Assembly (NCBI GenBank): GCA_001179505.1
Contig: CDMY01000759.1
Location: 203,488 to 267,487 of the forward strand
From: Vitrella brassicaformis CCMP3155
Taxonomy: Eukaryota > Protista > Chromerida
DNA length: 64,000 nucleotides
Direction: 5' to 3'
In this document: in pieces, positions 1 to 13,398 of the stretch
Position numbering within the stretch: the first letter of the stretch is position 1
Layout of the letters: each line of letters starts with the position of its first letter
Translations under genes and position numbers: made by a program
Notes under the pieces: generated by a model
Databases searched by the model: none
Seen by the model: the letters and a program-made list of their open reading frames with translations, nothing else
Told to the model about the DNA's origin: nothing

Positions 1-231
1 GAATGGCCTGCATGCATGCCTGTCCCGTTTCTGCGATGCCCGCATCTCTGCTTTAAAGCTCGCAGAGAATGGCGGGGGAGAAGTGAATCGCTCATGTTTT
101 AGAGGTCTGTCTGTGCAGGTACGGTGCAACTGCAACGGATTTCCCCAATGCATCGACCCCTTTGCTCTTGGCTTGGGTGTCACTCTTTCAGGTTCGTTAG
201 CTGCCTGCCTTGGTCAGTGCGCGGCGTCACC

Positions 232-1230
232 ATGGATATCCTGAGGTGCCATTCCGCCATCGGGCGCCTACATAGCGTGTGGCAGACGATGGACGAGGCG
301 CGCGATAAGGTCGACCGCATGTTGGGTGTCCCGCCTGCGATGCAGCCGAGGGCTCCCGGCCGCGACGCGACGCTGCAGGCCCTCGCCAGGAAGCCCATCG
401 AGCAGCAGCATGAGGTGTTGGAGGAGCTGAAGCGTCAGGCGGACACGGGGACGCGTGGTGTGCAGGACATCCAGGCTGGCGTCATACAAGAGGCCACGAG
501 CCGGGGCCCGGCTATTCACATCGAGGCAGTGCCGCTCAAAGGTGCGTCGAAATACGGGTCCGATCGGTCATGTGGTCTGTTTCTTCCATGTCGACAGATA
601 GCTTCAAGCGCTTCCCCCTAATCATGCACCCGTATGACACCGTCGCCAGCGTGTGGGCCAAGATCCAGGCTGCTGAGGGCCGTCCCATCCCCAGTGGCTG
701 GCGGCTCCTGTCACCTGACGGCGAGTGCATGGGCGACTGGCAGACTCTGGCAGACCACAATGTCGAAGACGGTGACGTACTGTTTGTGGCGCCGGTGCAG
801 CAGGGCGGTATGTTCCACTACACATCCGGCCGCTATGGCTTCTCGGTGTCCGCCGGCATCCCGGGCGGTGAGCCTGTCGAGAAGGCCAACAAGCGCATCG
901 AGAGGGCCGAGGACTTGCTCATCCGCATGGGCGTGACGCCCACTCAGGAGACGGTCGAGTACGCACTCGAGAACTATGATAGGCTGACCATCGCCGAGAA
1001 GCTGCCATATTCGGGTAAGCAATCAAAGGGCACTCGAGCGAAGGGCTCCGCTCTTGTCACGTGTGTGTATGCGTGTGTGTGTGTTTGTATGCGTATGTGC
1101 AGGTGAGTTGGTGGGCACGTGGGCGTCGCACGGTGGTGTTCTGGAGGTGGCCAGCTCCCTGGCGGACTCAATCGAGCACATGGCCACCGCCAGTGACACA
1201 CTGGTGCGGCTCTTGCCCCACGCCTCATGA
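232..1230 (+). CDS. Ubiquitin-like domain protein, 3 coding exons (232-541, 598-1014, 1103-1230)
   Basis: Exon 2 encodes DTVASVWAKIQAAEG..P...RL...G....D.QTLADHNVEDGDVL...QQGG, a ubiquitin-fold pattern, followed by MFHYTSGR. GT-AG introns 542-597 and 1015-1102 join in frame; TGA at 1228-1230. Confidence 0.8.
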
Positions 1231-1665
1231 GCGGAGAAGGTGAGATAATCAGCTGCGAAGGAAGGCTCGATGCCCGCACACTAACCGTTCCCTCGTGTGT
1301 GTGTGGGTGTGTGGGTGTGTGTGTGTCGTGCAGGTAGCAGCATAGACAAAGCAGCATAGATGGCTGGCTGGCCGCCCGGATGGCAAGAAGGGGCGCCTAA
1401 TGGCTGGATGTTGATATCTATCAGCCCTTCTCTGCCTGCCTTACTTATCTGGCCATGGCCTCTCATCTTTCCTTGTGGTCAGACCTTGCTGGGGTCGGGT
1501 CGGGTCGGGTCGGCACAGGTATCTGTCTATGCATGTATGTATGTATGTGTATATTCTTCTGTTGCTGACTCGGTGGTGTGTGTGGTGTTTTGCATTGCAT
1601 TATGGATGGGACGACTCATTGTCAATACGTGTCGACTTCATAGGACTGTTTCTCTCTACTGACAG

Positions 1666-3460
1666 CGGAGAAGCCCATCAAGCTCGTCGGCGTCTGTCTG
1701 TCTGTCTGTCTGTGTTTGTTGTGTATGCAGAGCCTTTGGCGGCATTGACTCGTTATCGTCAGCAGCACCGCAAGACCATCGACGGTCGTTTGTGCGCTGC
1801 GGCGTTTGCGCAGGACGGCCTGACCTACACGGACTGCACCGACGCCACCAACCCGGACGGGGCCACCGGACGAGAGTGGTACGCACATCATGACCACACA
1901 TCCATGTCTCGGTCTGTCTGTCTGTCTTTGCTTAGCTGACTGCAGCGGTGCGTGTGGCGTGACGTCTCCGAGTGGCCACTGCGACTTCTACGTGACGATT
2001 GTCGGCCCGCAGCCAAAGGGCTTCAGCAAGGGCGTCTCGCGTCGCGAGGTGTCGTCGCTTCGCCACGGCCCGTCGGGCTATGCACTGGCCTTTCAATCGC
2101 TCACGCCGCCGCCCTCCTTCCAGCCCGCCGCAGGCATGCAGGTAGATGTCAGAGTGGCCAACGGCACCTGGGCGGCCGCAGAGATCGCCGCCGTGTCGAC
2201 GCTGCCCAACCAGCAAAAGGAAATCCTCGTCAAACTCACTCANNNNNNNNNNNNNNNNNNNNNNNNNNNNNNNNNNNNNNNNNNNNNNNNNNNNNNNNNN
2301 NNNNNNNNNNNNNNNNNNNNNNNNNNNNNNNNNNNNNNNNNNNNNNNNNNNNNNNNNNNNNNNNNNNNNNNNNNNNNNNNNNNNNNNNNNNNNNNNNNNN
2401 NNNNNNNNNNNNNNNNNNNNNNNNNNNNNNNNNNNNNNNNNNNNNNNNNNNNNNNNNNNNNNNNNNNNNNNNNNNNNNNNNNNNNNNNNNNNNNNNNNNN
2501 NNNNNNNNNNNNNNNNNNNNNNNNNNNNNNNNNNNNNNNNNNGCGGTGCTCAAGTACGAGTGGCCGAGTGCCGCCCCCTCGTGTGTGCTGCCGTGCGGCA
2601 GTCGGGTGCCGGGGCGCGCGTGTATCAAGACGGCACAGCAAAAGGGCGCCATCAGCTTCGCCTTCTCGTTCCAGCCCAGCGGCGTCCCCACTCCCGCCGG
2701 CTTCATCGCCGACAACGGCCAGGAGCGGTCCACCAAAGCTGAAGTCGGCACGCCAGTCTTCGGCTGGACAAGAGACGCCCACAGAAACATCGTGCACTGC
2801 CCCCACAAGTCGGCAGCGGCGACCGACCCCCTCAACAGTTATGGAATTTCCTTCCCGCCGGCCCCCGAGACGCAGGAGTGCCGCGAGCAGCGAGTCGACT
2901 GCACGCCCAACAGCTGGACCGTGGCCGGGCTGCCGACCGGACGATACCTCGTGCAGGCCCAGATCGGCAGCCCGTGCGCCACTGTGGCACCGCAACACAC
3001 ACACAAGGAGGGCGGCACCACCAAACAGTCATTCGACCTCCAGGTGAGTCATTCATTCATTGAGTCAGTGAGGACGGCACCATGGGCAGCCTGTCGATCG
3101 ATGTGTGGATGGGTGCGTGTGTGTTTGTGTGCAGGTGAACGGCGTGTCGTTTGTCAAGCACAAGAAGCTCGCCGCAGGACAAATCTACTGGGTCAGCCCA
3201 CCCACCCACAACACAACACAACACAACACAACACATGGATGGATGGATGGATGGACGACACACATGTGCGGCTGTTGTGAGTGATGTGTGTGCAGGCGAG
3301 TGGTGAGGTGACAGTGGACGACAAGAGCATATCGGTGACGGCAGAGTGCATGGCGAGCGGCGCGTCGCGCGAGAGTGTGTGTGGCCACAGCCACACCACA
3401 CTCATGGCGCTCACCATCCAGCGAGCCGCACAGCCCACACCAGACAACGATGACCCATGA
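1666..3460 (+). CDS. CCp/FNPA-like adhesive protein (truncated FN2-like module plus C-terminal galactose-binding-like beta domain); 5' end unresolved, spans a gap
   Basis: Exon 1731-1878 RKTIDGRLCAAAFAQDGLTYTDCTDATNPDGATGRE(W) resembles the FN2-like module of apicomplexan CCp5/FNPA proteins. Exons after the gap (FSFQPSG..G..ADNG..FGW..W.VAGLPTGRY.V..QIG..VNGV) splice in frame to TGA 3458-3460. Confidence 0.55.
2243..2542. other. Assembly gap (300 N)
   Basis: Run of N; all five gaps in the window are exactly 300 nt, so the size is a placeholder. Confidence 0.99.
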
Positions 3461-4055
3461 GACACAGACAGCCAGAGAACTAACTGAGTGGATGACTAAC
3501 TGAGTGGATGGACTAACATCGTGATGCATATGTATGTATTTGATCCATGAGTTGATCGACGGTGAATGGATGGATCGAAGGATGAGTTGGCTTGAGTGAG
3601 CATTAATTGCACACTTCGATCATGCATTCGATCATGCATGGTGCATGGTCCCTTTCACGCATCCACACGTACGTACATCCACCCAATTTGATATATATGC
3701 ACACACCATCCACACGCGTACGGTACACGAAGGCAGTGGCGTCCAACTTCCCCGTTGACCCCACTGCCCGTCGACCTGGGCAGTGAATTGCACAAGCACG
3801 ATCGAAGGGACGCTACTCACACAAACATACTTGTGTGCCCTGACTTTCCATCCATCCATCCATCCGTCCATCCAGCTGCAGCTAGGCAGGCAGATGTCTT
3901 TTGTGTCTTTCCTCTCTTTCAATCGGTACATCGGCCTCTGTCTGTCCCCCCATGACCACAGCCACCAAGAACGATCGAAGGCACACTCTTGCACGAGCTG
4001 GCAGTCGGCCGTCAATGGCTGCTGGAGCATAGGGGAACGAAGGCCGAGGTGCTCA

Positions 4056-7000
4056 TCAACAAAACAGACTGGACAAGTGAGTGAGTGAGTGAGTCATCGC
4101 GTGATCTTCTTCCTTGCTTGCTTGCTTGCTTGCTTGCTCACCCACAACACACACACATACGCGACACCAGGCAGGCATCGTTCCCTTCCCGTGCACACAG
4201 ATGGATACACACAGACAGCACGCCAGGTACCCCCCACCCCCGCTGCACCGCAGACTAGGTAGGCTATTCAGGTCTGATGCGCTGCATGCGGCCTCCAACG
4301 CGTTCCCACTGCTTCTCGTATTCCCTCCTCGCCCTTCACCGCCGTCCACCTGCTGCTGCAGCTGCTGCCGGGGCACCGCTGGGTGGGGGTGGTGGTTGTG
4401 GTTGTGCTTGCGCTTCTTCCGCGCGCAGAGGTGCTCTGTGTCCGACTCGGTGTCGTCTTTGGGCGCACCTCTGCAACATAACACACACACACAGAGTCCA
4501 TCAGGTGCTTGGCTGTGACTGTGGGCGTGTGTGTATATGTGTGTGTGTATGTGTGTGTCTGCCAACGTACCGCTTGCGGCCGCCGCCCACATTGCCATGA
4601 GCATCAGGCATCAGCTCGTCACCGTGGCCAGCTCCTGCAGCAGCAGCCGCAGCAGCTCTCGAGGCCTTCGATGGCACCACATGAGCCAACCCTGCGGAAC
4701 AGGGACAGAATGGATGGATGGAACTCACATATGCACATTTGTGCAGGGTTTCCTCACTCGCTCAGTCACTCACTCACTCACCGTCGTCAATGTCCATATT
4801 GTCACCTCGGTCTTCCTGGAGGGAGCGGCCGGGTGGCCTGAAGAGCTTGCCGGCCAACTCTGCACCAACATCCACAGACGAGAATGGTCACTTTTCGCTG
4901 CATGGCCCATGCCGTCTGCCTTTCCTTCCATGTGTGTGTATTCACCTCCAGCCTCTTCATGTGCGGCAAACTCTTCCATATCGGTCAACATGCCCACACG
5001 ACGGCCGCGCGGGGCCGGGGGACGGGGAGGGGGAGGCATGTCCACGCCGCTCTCGCCCATCGCCTCGCCATCACGCGAGGCCCTGCCATTCTGGCCACCA
5101 GCAGCAGCAGCGGCGCCTGCGCGAAAAGGGAGAGAGGCACAGATGGATTGACGTGTGTGCATTGTGGTTGGTTGGATGCGGACGTCCCTCCCTGCACACC
5201 CACTCACCGTCATTGATCTCCATGTGTTCGTCTGGGTCTCGGAGGAGCGGCTCGCCCAAGAAGCCGAGGCGACGGCGAGGGGGTTGTGGCGGCTCACGGG
5301 AGTTGCAGTCCATTCCTGAATTGACACACGCATACGAAGGGGGAGAGGCGGGGTCAGTTTGGCTGTCTGTGTGTACAGGCCTTGCGTGTGCGTGTGTTTG
5401 CATACCAGCAGCAGCGTCGTCCCCCCTGTAGTTGTCCATCTCAGCCTCAAGGTCCAGACGCATGGGACGCCCGTGTGGAGGGGGCGGGGGGAGTGGGGGA
5501 GGCACTGACAGACAGACAGACAGACAGAGGCAGACGGCCAACCGGCGTCGGCGAATGAGAGGTATGTGTGTGTGACCGATGGGTGTGTGTGCGTATGTGC
5601 TTACTCAGGTCATTCTCCTCAGCCATCTCGTGCCTGTCCGCAAACAACTTCATGGCCCTTCCGCCACGGGGGGGCGGGGGCGGAACACGGGCAAAGGCGG
5701 CACCTGACGGAGGGAGACATACAAATGAGGGTGAGGAGGAAACACACTTCGAGTGCCTGCCTGCCTGCCTGCCTGCACACGCACCTTCAGCCATCTTGCT
5801 ACACCATTGTCTGCCCGCTTCCGTCAGGCCGATGTTGGGGGCGATAGATCGGTACTCGCGGATCTGCACCAGGCAGGCAGGCAGCAGCCAAGCAGAGCAT
5901 GAGACAGTAAATGTGTGGAGTGTGCAGCGATCCGATCCACACCTCGCTGTATGCCATATCGAACAGGTTCCTGCCCTGCCCATCGTCCACAGCAGCAGCC
6001 GCGGCGGCAGCGGCACTGGCGGAGCCTCGGTTCTGCGTGTATATTTTCTTCTTCAACGCAGCGACCACACACGAGGCTATGCAGCCTGTCCGGGAGACGC
6101 CTGTATGGGCAGCAAACAGACATGCAGACAAGGACACATGTGTGTGTGTGCGTGGGGCGGTGTGTGAATCTGACTGTCCAGTCGGCTGTTAGTTGGTGCA
6201 GCCAGTGATGGGCTCTCACTGACTCAAGTGACTCACTCACTCACCCGCACGGCAGTGTATTAGCAGGGTGGTGTCGGGATCCTGGAGGGCACCGAGGCAG
6301 TAGTCGATGGCTGCGACTCCAGCTGTCGCGAAGTTGTGCACCGCGTCCTCACTGCCATCCTGCACACACACAGAGAATGAGATATCGACTGCCCGTCCTT
6401 CTGCGTGTGTGTGTGTCTGTGTGGTGTTTGTCCGCCCACCTTCATATCTTTGACGTCATAGAAGGTCACGTGCGGCAGGTCGTCGCGCCTCGACTTGCAC
6501 ACATAGTCGCCCCCCGACGTGTCCGCTGCCGCCAAGTTGCACACATGGGTGACCGTAGCCGACTTGAGAAACTGACAGATGGACAGACAAGCAAAGACAG
6601 GAATGTGTCACCACAGATGCCGATATCGCCCTCAGCACACAGGGGTGCGTGAATTACCTACCTCAGTGTCATGCGCGGCCTCCTTGCTCCCTATGAGGAG
6701 CCTCCCCTTGGCCATGCCCAGATCATAGATCCGCACGACGTTCCTCCTAGAGCAGACACACATAGAGAAGGATGATTTGTATGGTCGTCTGCTGCCGTCC
6801 CCATTGCTAACGCATCGCACGTACTCTTGCTTGTGATCGAATATGGTGTTGGTCAGCGGGTCCGTGCGGTCCATCTTGTTGGTGCGGTTGCCCTTGGGCG
6901 ACGGGCGACTCTCTTCTAGAAGAAAGAAGAGTCCGTTCGGTTCGTTCCCTCCCCCTCGCCCATTCACTCACTCACCAGCCGGTGCGTCAACGTCTGCATC

Positions 7001-7254
7001 CGTATCGATACACAACCCCAACCCTCCCACTCGACGACGGCATGGCGGGTCTACAGTCGGTCAACGAAGGACAGACAAGAAGCCCACAGCCAGCAATCAT
7101 CCCGCCTCCCGCATGCATGACTGGCTTGAACCTCACCAGGTCTCTTGGGTGAGTCCTGTCGGCCCAGTCGGGGTGGGCTCCTTGGCGGGCTCCTGGGCCG
7201 GCTCCTGTGCCTGCTGCTGGGCGGTGTGTCAATGGCTAGGGAAGGCCGCTTCAT
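4056..7254 (-). CDS. Dual-specificity protein phosphatase with long low-complexity C-terminal tail (about 15 exons)
   Basis: Catalytic motif LLIHCRAG|VSRT is assembled across the intron between about 6243 and 6100. IREYRSIAPNIG matches the DSP R..i.PN.G motif; upstream THVCNLA matches the 'thIlN' strand. Splice phases are consistent from ATG 7254 to TGA 4056. Confidence 0.85.
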
Positions 7255-7795
7255 CCTCACTGCCAGGAGCTGCATATGCAACAGCCAAAACACCGCTCAG
7301 CAGATACGTTTGCATGCGTCACGAAGCACTGTCATACACAAGGAATGCAGTGTCGGCGACCACTCACCGATGCTGTCCGTGGCTGCCGCTTGCCTGTCAG
7401 TCCTCCTTGCGCGTTGTGCTCCCTTCTTCTGCGAGAGGGTGACAAGGCGAGCGCTCCGAGCGGCGCAAGCAACACTGCCAGCGCAACGCAGCGAGATTGA
7501 GGCCTACTGCCTGTCTTCCAGACACGGGCAGCTACTAGGACCACACTCGCGCACACAGAACTCCAGCAGAAATTGCTGTGAAACAAACATGAATCCTAAA
7601 GCCGAATACAAGCTCGCAGAGTTTGTGACGATGGTGACAATAGCGCACTGTTCTCTGCTGCGCACATACCCTTTCTCGAGTCGTTTGCAGCGATCGCGGA
7701 TCACCTGTGTTGCCGGATGGGTGAATCGTAGTGTACACAACGCGATGGAGTGAGTGGACATCGAAGACAGCCTCCCAGGCCTCTTGTCCGCCGCA

Positions 7796-10700
7796 ATGGA
7801 GGGAGCAGAAGGTGCATCTGCAGCGGCCCATCCATCAGATGCCGACGGCGTCCATGATCAGCCGATGCCGCCGCAACACGAGCCGGAGCCGACAGAAGAG
7901 CAGAAGCCAGCAGCAGTAGAGGAGGAGGAGGAGCAGCAGCAGCCACACGACCAGCCCGCACACCCTTCATCGGGTGACGCTGACGTCATGATGGATCTCA
8001 CCGACGACCAAGATGCCGCACATGCACCAGCACAGGCACCGGCACCAGCACCAGCAGCCGACAAGGCGCCGCACACGGGCCGTCAGAGGACCATCAATGA
8101 GATGCTTGGCTGGCCTGAGAGCAAGACAGACGACCAGGAGGGAGGGAAGAAGCGAGCGGCTGACGGCGATGTGGTCGACGGGAAGCCCAAGAAGCGCAAG
8201 AAGGCGGCGGGCAAGCAGAAGGGTGGAGAGGCCAAACCCAAGGGGGCCAAGGGGGCGGCCAAGGGCAAGCCCTCCCCATCGGCAGACCAGCCACCATCGC
8301 ATGCTGCCGCCGATGACGGTCCCCAGCCATCCCAGCCAGCCGACCCACCACAGGCGGCTACTGCGGCTGCAGGGTCGTCATCGTTCCAACCGGCGGCTGC
8401 CAAGCCACACCCCTTCTTCGATCCGTCCCACTATCAGAGCGCTGAGGTGCAGGCGGAGATGCGCAAGGGCGGCAAGAAGGACAACAAGAAGAAGAAGGAC
8501 AAGGACGATGGCCCTCCAGAGGGCAAAGGGGGCGGCGAGGGGGGTGGTGCCGGCGAGAAGAAGGACAAGAAGGCCAAGAAGGCCAAGGCGGCCCCCAAGA
8601 GGAAGAAAGCAGCCAAGGCCAAAGACAAAGCGGCCGATGACAACAAGAAGAAGAGGAAACAGGCGCCGACCCTGTCCACGGCCAAGAAGGCCACCGACGA
8701 AACAAGCGCCGACGCTCCAGTCCTACCAGCGCCCCCAGCAGCAGCTGCAGCAGCGGCAGAGCAGCCGATCCTGATCGAGTCGCCAGCCAAAGGAGAGCAG
8801 CCGAGGCTGCCCTTCTTCTCACTATCGGTCAAGCGCGGCGACGGGGGGCAGATGCAGCTGGGCGGCATGATGCAGACGATCGGCCACACCGTCAAGAGCA
8901 CCATGCCCGTCACAGACCCGCCAGAGTGGCCGACCCACATACGGCCGAGTGCCCAAGACAACGAGGCGCAGAGCGGAGCCATCGCAGCCATGGCTGAGGG
9001 GCGGGTGCCGTCGCTCCCCGGCACTGGCAAAAAGGGGCCCATGTCAGAGCGCCTCCTCTCCTTCCCCCCAGCTCAAGACGACGACCACGCCACCGCTTCC
9101 CAGCAGCCGGCATCAGCAGATGAGAGCCTTCTCTCTTCTCGTTTTGCCACCATCTTGGCGCAGGTGCGGCAGGAGGAGCAGATCGACATCACCGACAGCC
9201 CGCCGTCGCAGCCACAGCCGGTGGAGCAGGAGCAGCCGTCAGCAGGGGAGCTGTCGGACGACGCCAAGAGGGCCATTGGCGAGGTGGTTGCGCGCATTGT
9301 GCGGGGCAGTGGTGTTGGGATGGATACGGGCGCAAGGATGGGTGACGGCGGTGGCGGTGGCGGTGGTAGTGAGGGAGGTGATAGTGCGGGAGATGGTGAG
9401 GTAGCGTGGGCCATGCGGCTGGTGGAGCGGCTGTGCAAGCGGAGGGCCGCCGCCGCCGCCGCCGCTGCTGGTGGATCAGCATCGGGGACACCGCTGTGGA
9501 GTGCTGTGTACAGGTAGGTAGGTGGGTGGGCATGCATGGCAAGAGAGGGAGGGAGGGGAATGTGTATGTGGGTATGTGTGTTCTATAGTGTGGAGGAAGT
9601 GGACGATTGGTTAGGTGACCCCGACAGCGTCGCGACCCTCCTGCAGTTCTTCAACGACTGCAAAGACCGTATCACCGACGCGCAGGAGGCAGCACGTGAG
9701 CGACACTCGCCATTATCGGCCACCACACATCCACAACCACCGACCACCTCGTCCATATCGAGTAGCCACCTGCTGTGCCCTTGTTGTGACAGAGCTGCGT
9801 CGTCACGAGTCGTACGATTGGTTGGATGACGGCGACTTCGTGCCTGAGGAGCCGCTGCGCGGGCGGCGTGGGCCGCCTCCCTCGGTGCTCTACGTTCATG
9901 GCCCCCCTGGCTGCGGCAAGACCGCCCTGGTGCAGCTGTGCGCAAAGATAGCTGGCTTCCAGGTAAACAAAAGGAGTCATGTCACCTCATGAGTGGGTAC
10001 ATGGGTGTGGCAAGTGCGGTGTGTGGTGTGGCTGATCAGGTCGATAGTGTAGATCCTTCTGAGTTGGTGGATTCCTCCGTTTTGACGAAGCGCTTCGAGG
10101 CGGCCAAATGCCAAGACATACGACGGGTAGGCAGGGCACACACACACAGGCACCATGCAGGCAAAGCACCCCACCACATCTCTCCTGTCGCCCTTGTTTC
10201 GTTGCAGCAGCCCCCACCAAGGCCATCCGCCGCTGCCCTCCTCTTCCCCCCTCCTGGCCCCCCTCGCCGGCCCCCCCGCCCCGCTCGCCCGGCTCGAACA
10301 CGCAACAGCCCCCTGATATCCATCGACGAGGAGCCGGAGGACCTCGACGGCCACGATGGGCCCGACATCGACATGGCCCCCCGTCGGCGGAAGCGGGGCA
10401 AGAACAAGAAGAAGCCAGCCGACAGCAGTGACGATGAGTGGGTGGGCGAGGGAGATGGAGATGGAGATGAGAGTGAATATGGCCATGACGACGAGGCGCC
10501 AAAGGCCCGCGCCAAGGGCAAGGGCAAGGGGAGAGGGAAGAGCAAGGCGAAGGCCAAGCCCAAGGGGCAGCTGGGCATCCTGGGCTTCCTCAAGATGCCA
10601 CAAAAGAAGGAACCTCAGAGAGGGGGAGAGGAGGGTGAGGGAGAGGGCAAGAGTGAGGGGGCGGGTGCGCCGGTGGTGGCCATCAAGGAGGCCTCAGATG

Positions 10701-13227
10701 AGGGCGACGACGAGCAGCTGCCCGCCAAGAAGAAGAAGAGACGACGGCTCAAAAGGCAGGGTAAACACCTGAGCACCAGCAAGCATCTCGTCTCTTCACT
10801 CTCTATGTCTGGTATCCCATGGATCGATGTATGCAGTGTCTGATTCGGATCACCACGATGCTGCCGAGGATCGCGACCAAGAGCAAAAGCACCAGCAGGC
10901 CGCAGCAGCTGAAATCGCATCCGATGCAGCCCGCTCCCAGCAGCCATCGTCGCCCTCATTCCGGCTGCTTCTGGTGGACGACACGGATACCCTCTCCCCC
11001 AAGAACCTCCCCGCCCTCCACAGGCTCACCCAGCACAACCCCACCGTGCCGGTGGTGCTCATCGGCGGCGGCCAGCCGTCCATCATCCCCCCCGCTTTCA
11101 GCTCCTTCACGTCATTCCGCGTCCCTCCGCCGTCTCCCCGTCTCGCCGCTGCGTTGCTGGCCGCTCTCGTGCTCATTGAGAAGACACGCACCGAGGGAAC
11201 ACCGCACAGCGATCTGGCGCAGTGGCCGCCTGTGGCGCGATTCCTGGCTGCCCCGTTCAAGGGCGACGTGCGGCGGCTCCTGAACCAGACGCACCTGGCC
11301 ATGGCGCAGAGCAGCGGGATGAGCGTGGAGCGCATTGTCGACGTGATCACGGCTCTCCCCTTCTCGACTCTTGCTGGCGCGTTGAGGAGTGGAGGTGGGG
11401 TGTCGGAGGGATCGCGTGACGAGCAGATGTGGTGGGCCGTCGAGGAGATCCGCGCCGCCGAGGCCATCCCTGTGTCGACTGACGATGACATGCCCCCACT
11501 GCCCTTCAGCCCTTCCCCTGCCTTCATCTCACCCCCGATCGACGAGCCCGCGACGCACACCACAGACGCAGTGCGGCCCCGAGGTGGCATGGAGCCGCTC
11601 TGGGTGGGGGCACCATCACCAGCTGACATCGACAGTGACACGCTGGAAGCAATGACGTCCTGTGCTGACATGTGGGTGCACATCGATGTGTGCGAGTCTC
11701 GGCTGCGGCGTGCGTACGGTGGTGAGGGGTGGGTGGGGGGAGTGGCGGAGGGCGATAGGGACAAGAGCCCCAATGGGGGTGGGGCTGGGGGTGTCGCGCA
11801 ACTCGATGAGGAGCAGGAGACGGAGTTGGACACCGAGAAGGCGGCCAATGCGGCCCTGCAGAGGGGGCGGTGGCAGCTGGTGTACTCGAGACACGACTAC
11901 CTCCGCAACATGGCAGAGACCCCGGCGGCACATGGTAGGCAAGCAGCCACTGGGGGAAATGTCACACATACACACATGTGTTGTCATTCTTCCTATTTGC
12001 TGTTTGTGCAGCGTCTTGGCGCATAGAGGAGTGGAGCGCAGCGATGCAGTTGTCGATAATGAGCACGCTCTCCACACCCTCAGCCCAACAGGAGGACAAG
12101 GAGGGAGGGGGGCAGACCGACCCCGCCACTCTGTGGCTGCCTCGCCTGCAGACACTGCCGCCGTCGCCCGGGCACCTCCCAGGTGCGTCCATAGCACAGA
12201 ACACGACACAACGAGCTCCATCCACTGCATGTCTGTCTGTCCTCATGTCGCCTTTCCTCATGTAGTAGCGGCCAACCCCCTGCACCATCTCTCCGTGGGC
12301 ATCCTGTGCCCCCCCTCCCGCTCGCCCAAACCCGTCCCCTCCAGCAGCGCCTTCTTCGACGCCTTCACGTCCTACCTCCCACTCATGGCCGGCATCGCCC
12401 GTCTGGACTCTGAGCCACACGCAAAGGAGCGGCAGTTCATGACCCAGTGGCTGAGCGCCTTCAGAAAGCCGGACAATGAGGACGGGTTTGACGACGAGGG
12501 GAGCGAGGAGGGAGGGGTGCGGACCAGGGCCATGAAGGAGAGAGATCGAGACCGGGGCAACGGCAATGGGCGGCCGGACGGAGAGGCCATGCGGTGAGAA
12601 GGGAGGGAGGGAGAGAGGGAGGATGTCTCGCTGCGATTGTGGCTTTTGGTTGATTTTTCTCCCTGTTTGTCTCTCTCTATCCTGTCGTGGTCATCATTCA
12701 TTCATTCATTCGTTCATTGCAGCAAGCAGACGAGCGCTCTGGCGAGGAAAGTAGCAACAAAGCAGCAGAAGAGCCATGCGGTACGCGAACGGCACAACAC
12801 ATAACATATATACAACACATTCACACAATAGTACCGACCGACCCTTTGTTCTTCCTTTCATCTGCAGCTAGAGCTTGGCCACCTGATGGCCCACCTCGAC
12901 ACCCGCTTCCCCCGCGCCGCCCGAGCCATCAGCACTACCGATGCTGGCAGGAGAGACCGAGACCGAGCAGATGTGGTCATGACGCCCAGCCAAGACGACG
13001 CGTCGGGGCTGAGCGGAGGGGAGGGGGAGAGCGAGATCCCCTCACACCACCACGACGCGAGTGAGAATGACGCCCCGATCGCTCCTGTAGATGTGGCGCA
13101 GCTGTCGAGCGACGCGCAGATGCTGTTCGGGCCTGACATAGAGCGCGAGAATCAGGCGCTGAGGGAGGGGGGGCAGCAGGCTGGTGCCGAGGGAAGGGAG
13201 CGAGGAGGAGGGGAGGGGGCGGGGTGA
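7796..13227 (+). CDS. RFC-family AAA+ clamp loader/unloader subunit, most like ELG1/ATAD5, with a long disordered Lys/acidic N-terminus
   Basis: Walker A LYVHGPPGCGKTALVQLCAKIAGFQ (about 9890-9960), Walker B-like LLLVDDTDTL (about 10965-10995) and helical-lid KGDVRRLLNQ. A GT donor at 12594 extends the frame through exons 12721-12780 and 12868-13227. Confidence 0.7.
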
Positions 13228-13398
13228 TCGGACATGTTGCATTGCAGAATGGACGGACGGTAGATGCTTCAATGAATAGCGCTTGTGTGACCTCAAAAGG
13301 CGTCGAACAACCACGCCAAGTGCATCTTTGCGCGCTTGGCGTTGGCTCGAACGCTTTGCGGTCGACAAGAAAACGCCTTGCCCCTTGAGCTGAGTCCA

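Noticed and set aside
3720-4055. Exon-like stretch with splice-like signals downstream of the DSP gene (MLQQPLTADCQLVQEC..)
   Set aside because: The phase of the preceding donor gives GLFC* at 4056, so this is most simply 3' UTR; no family motif.
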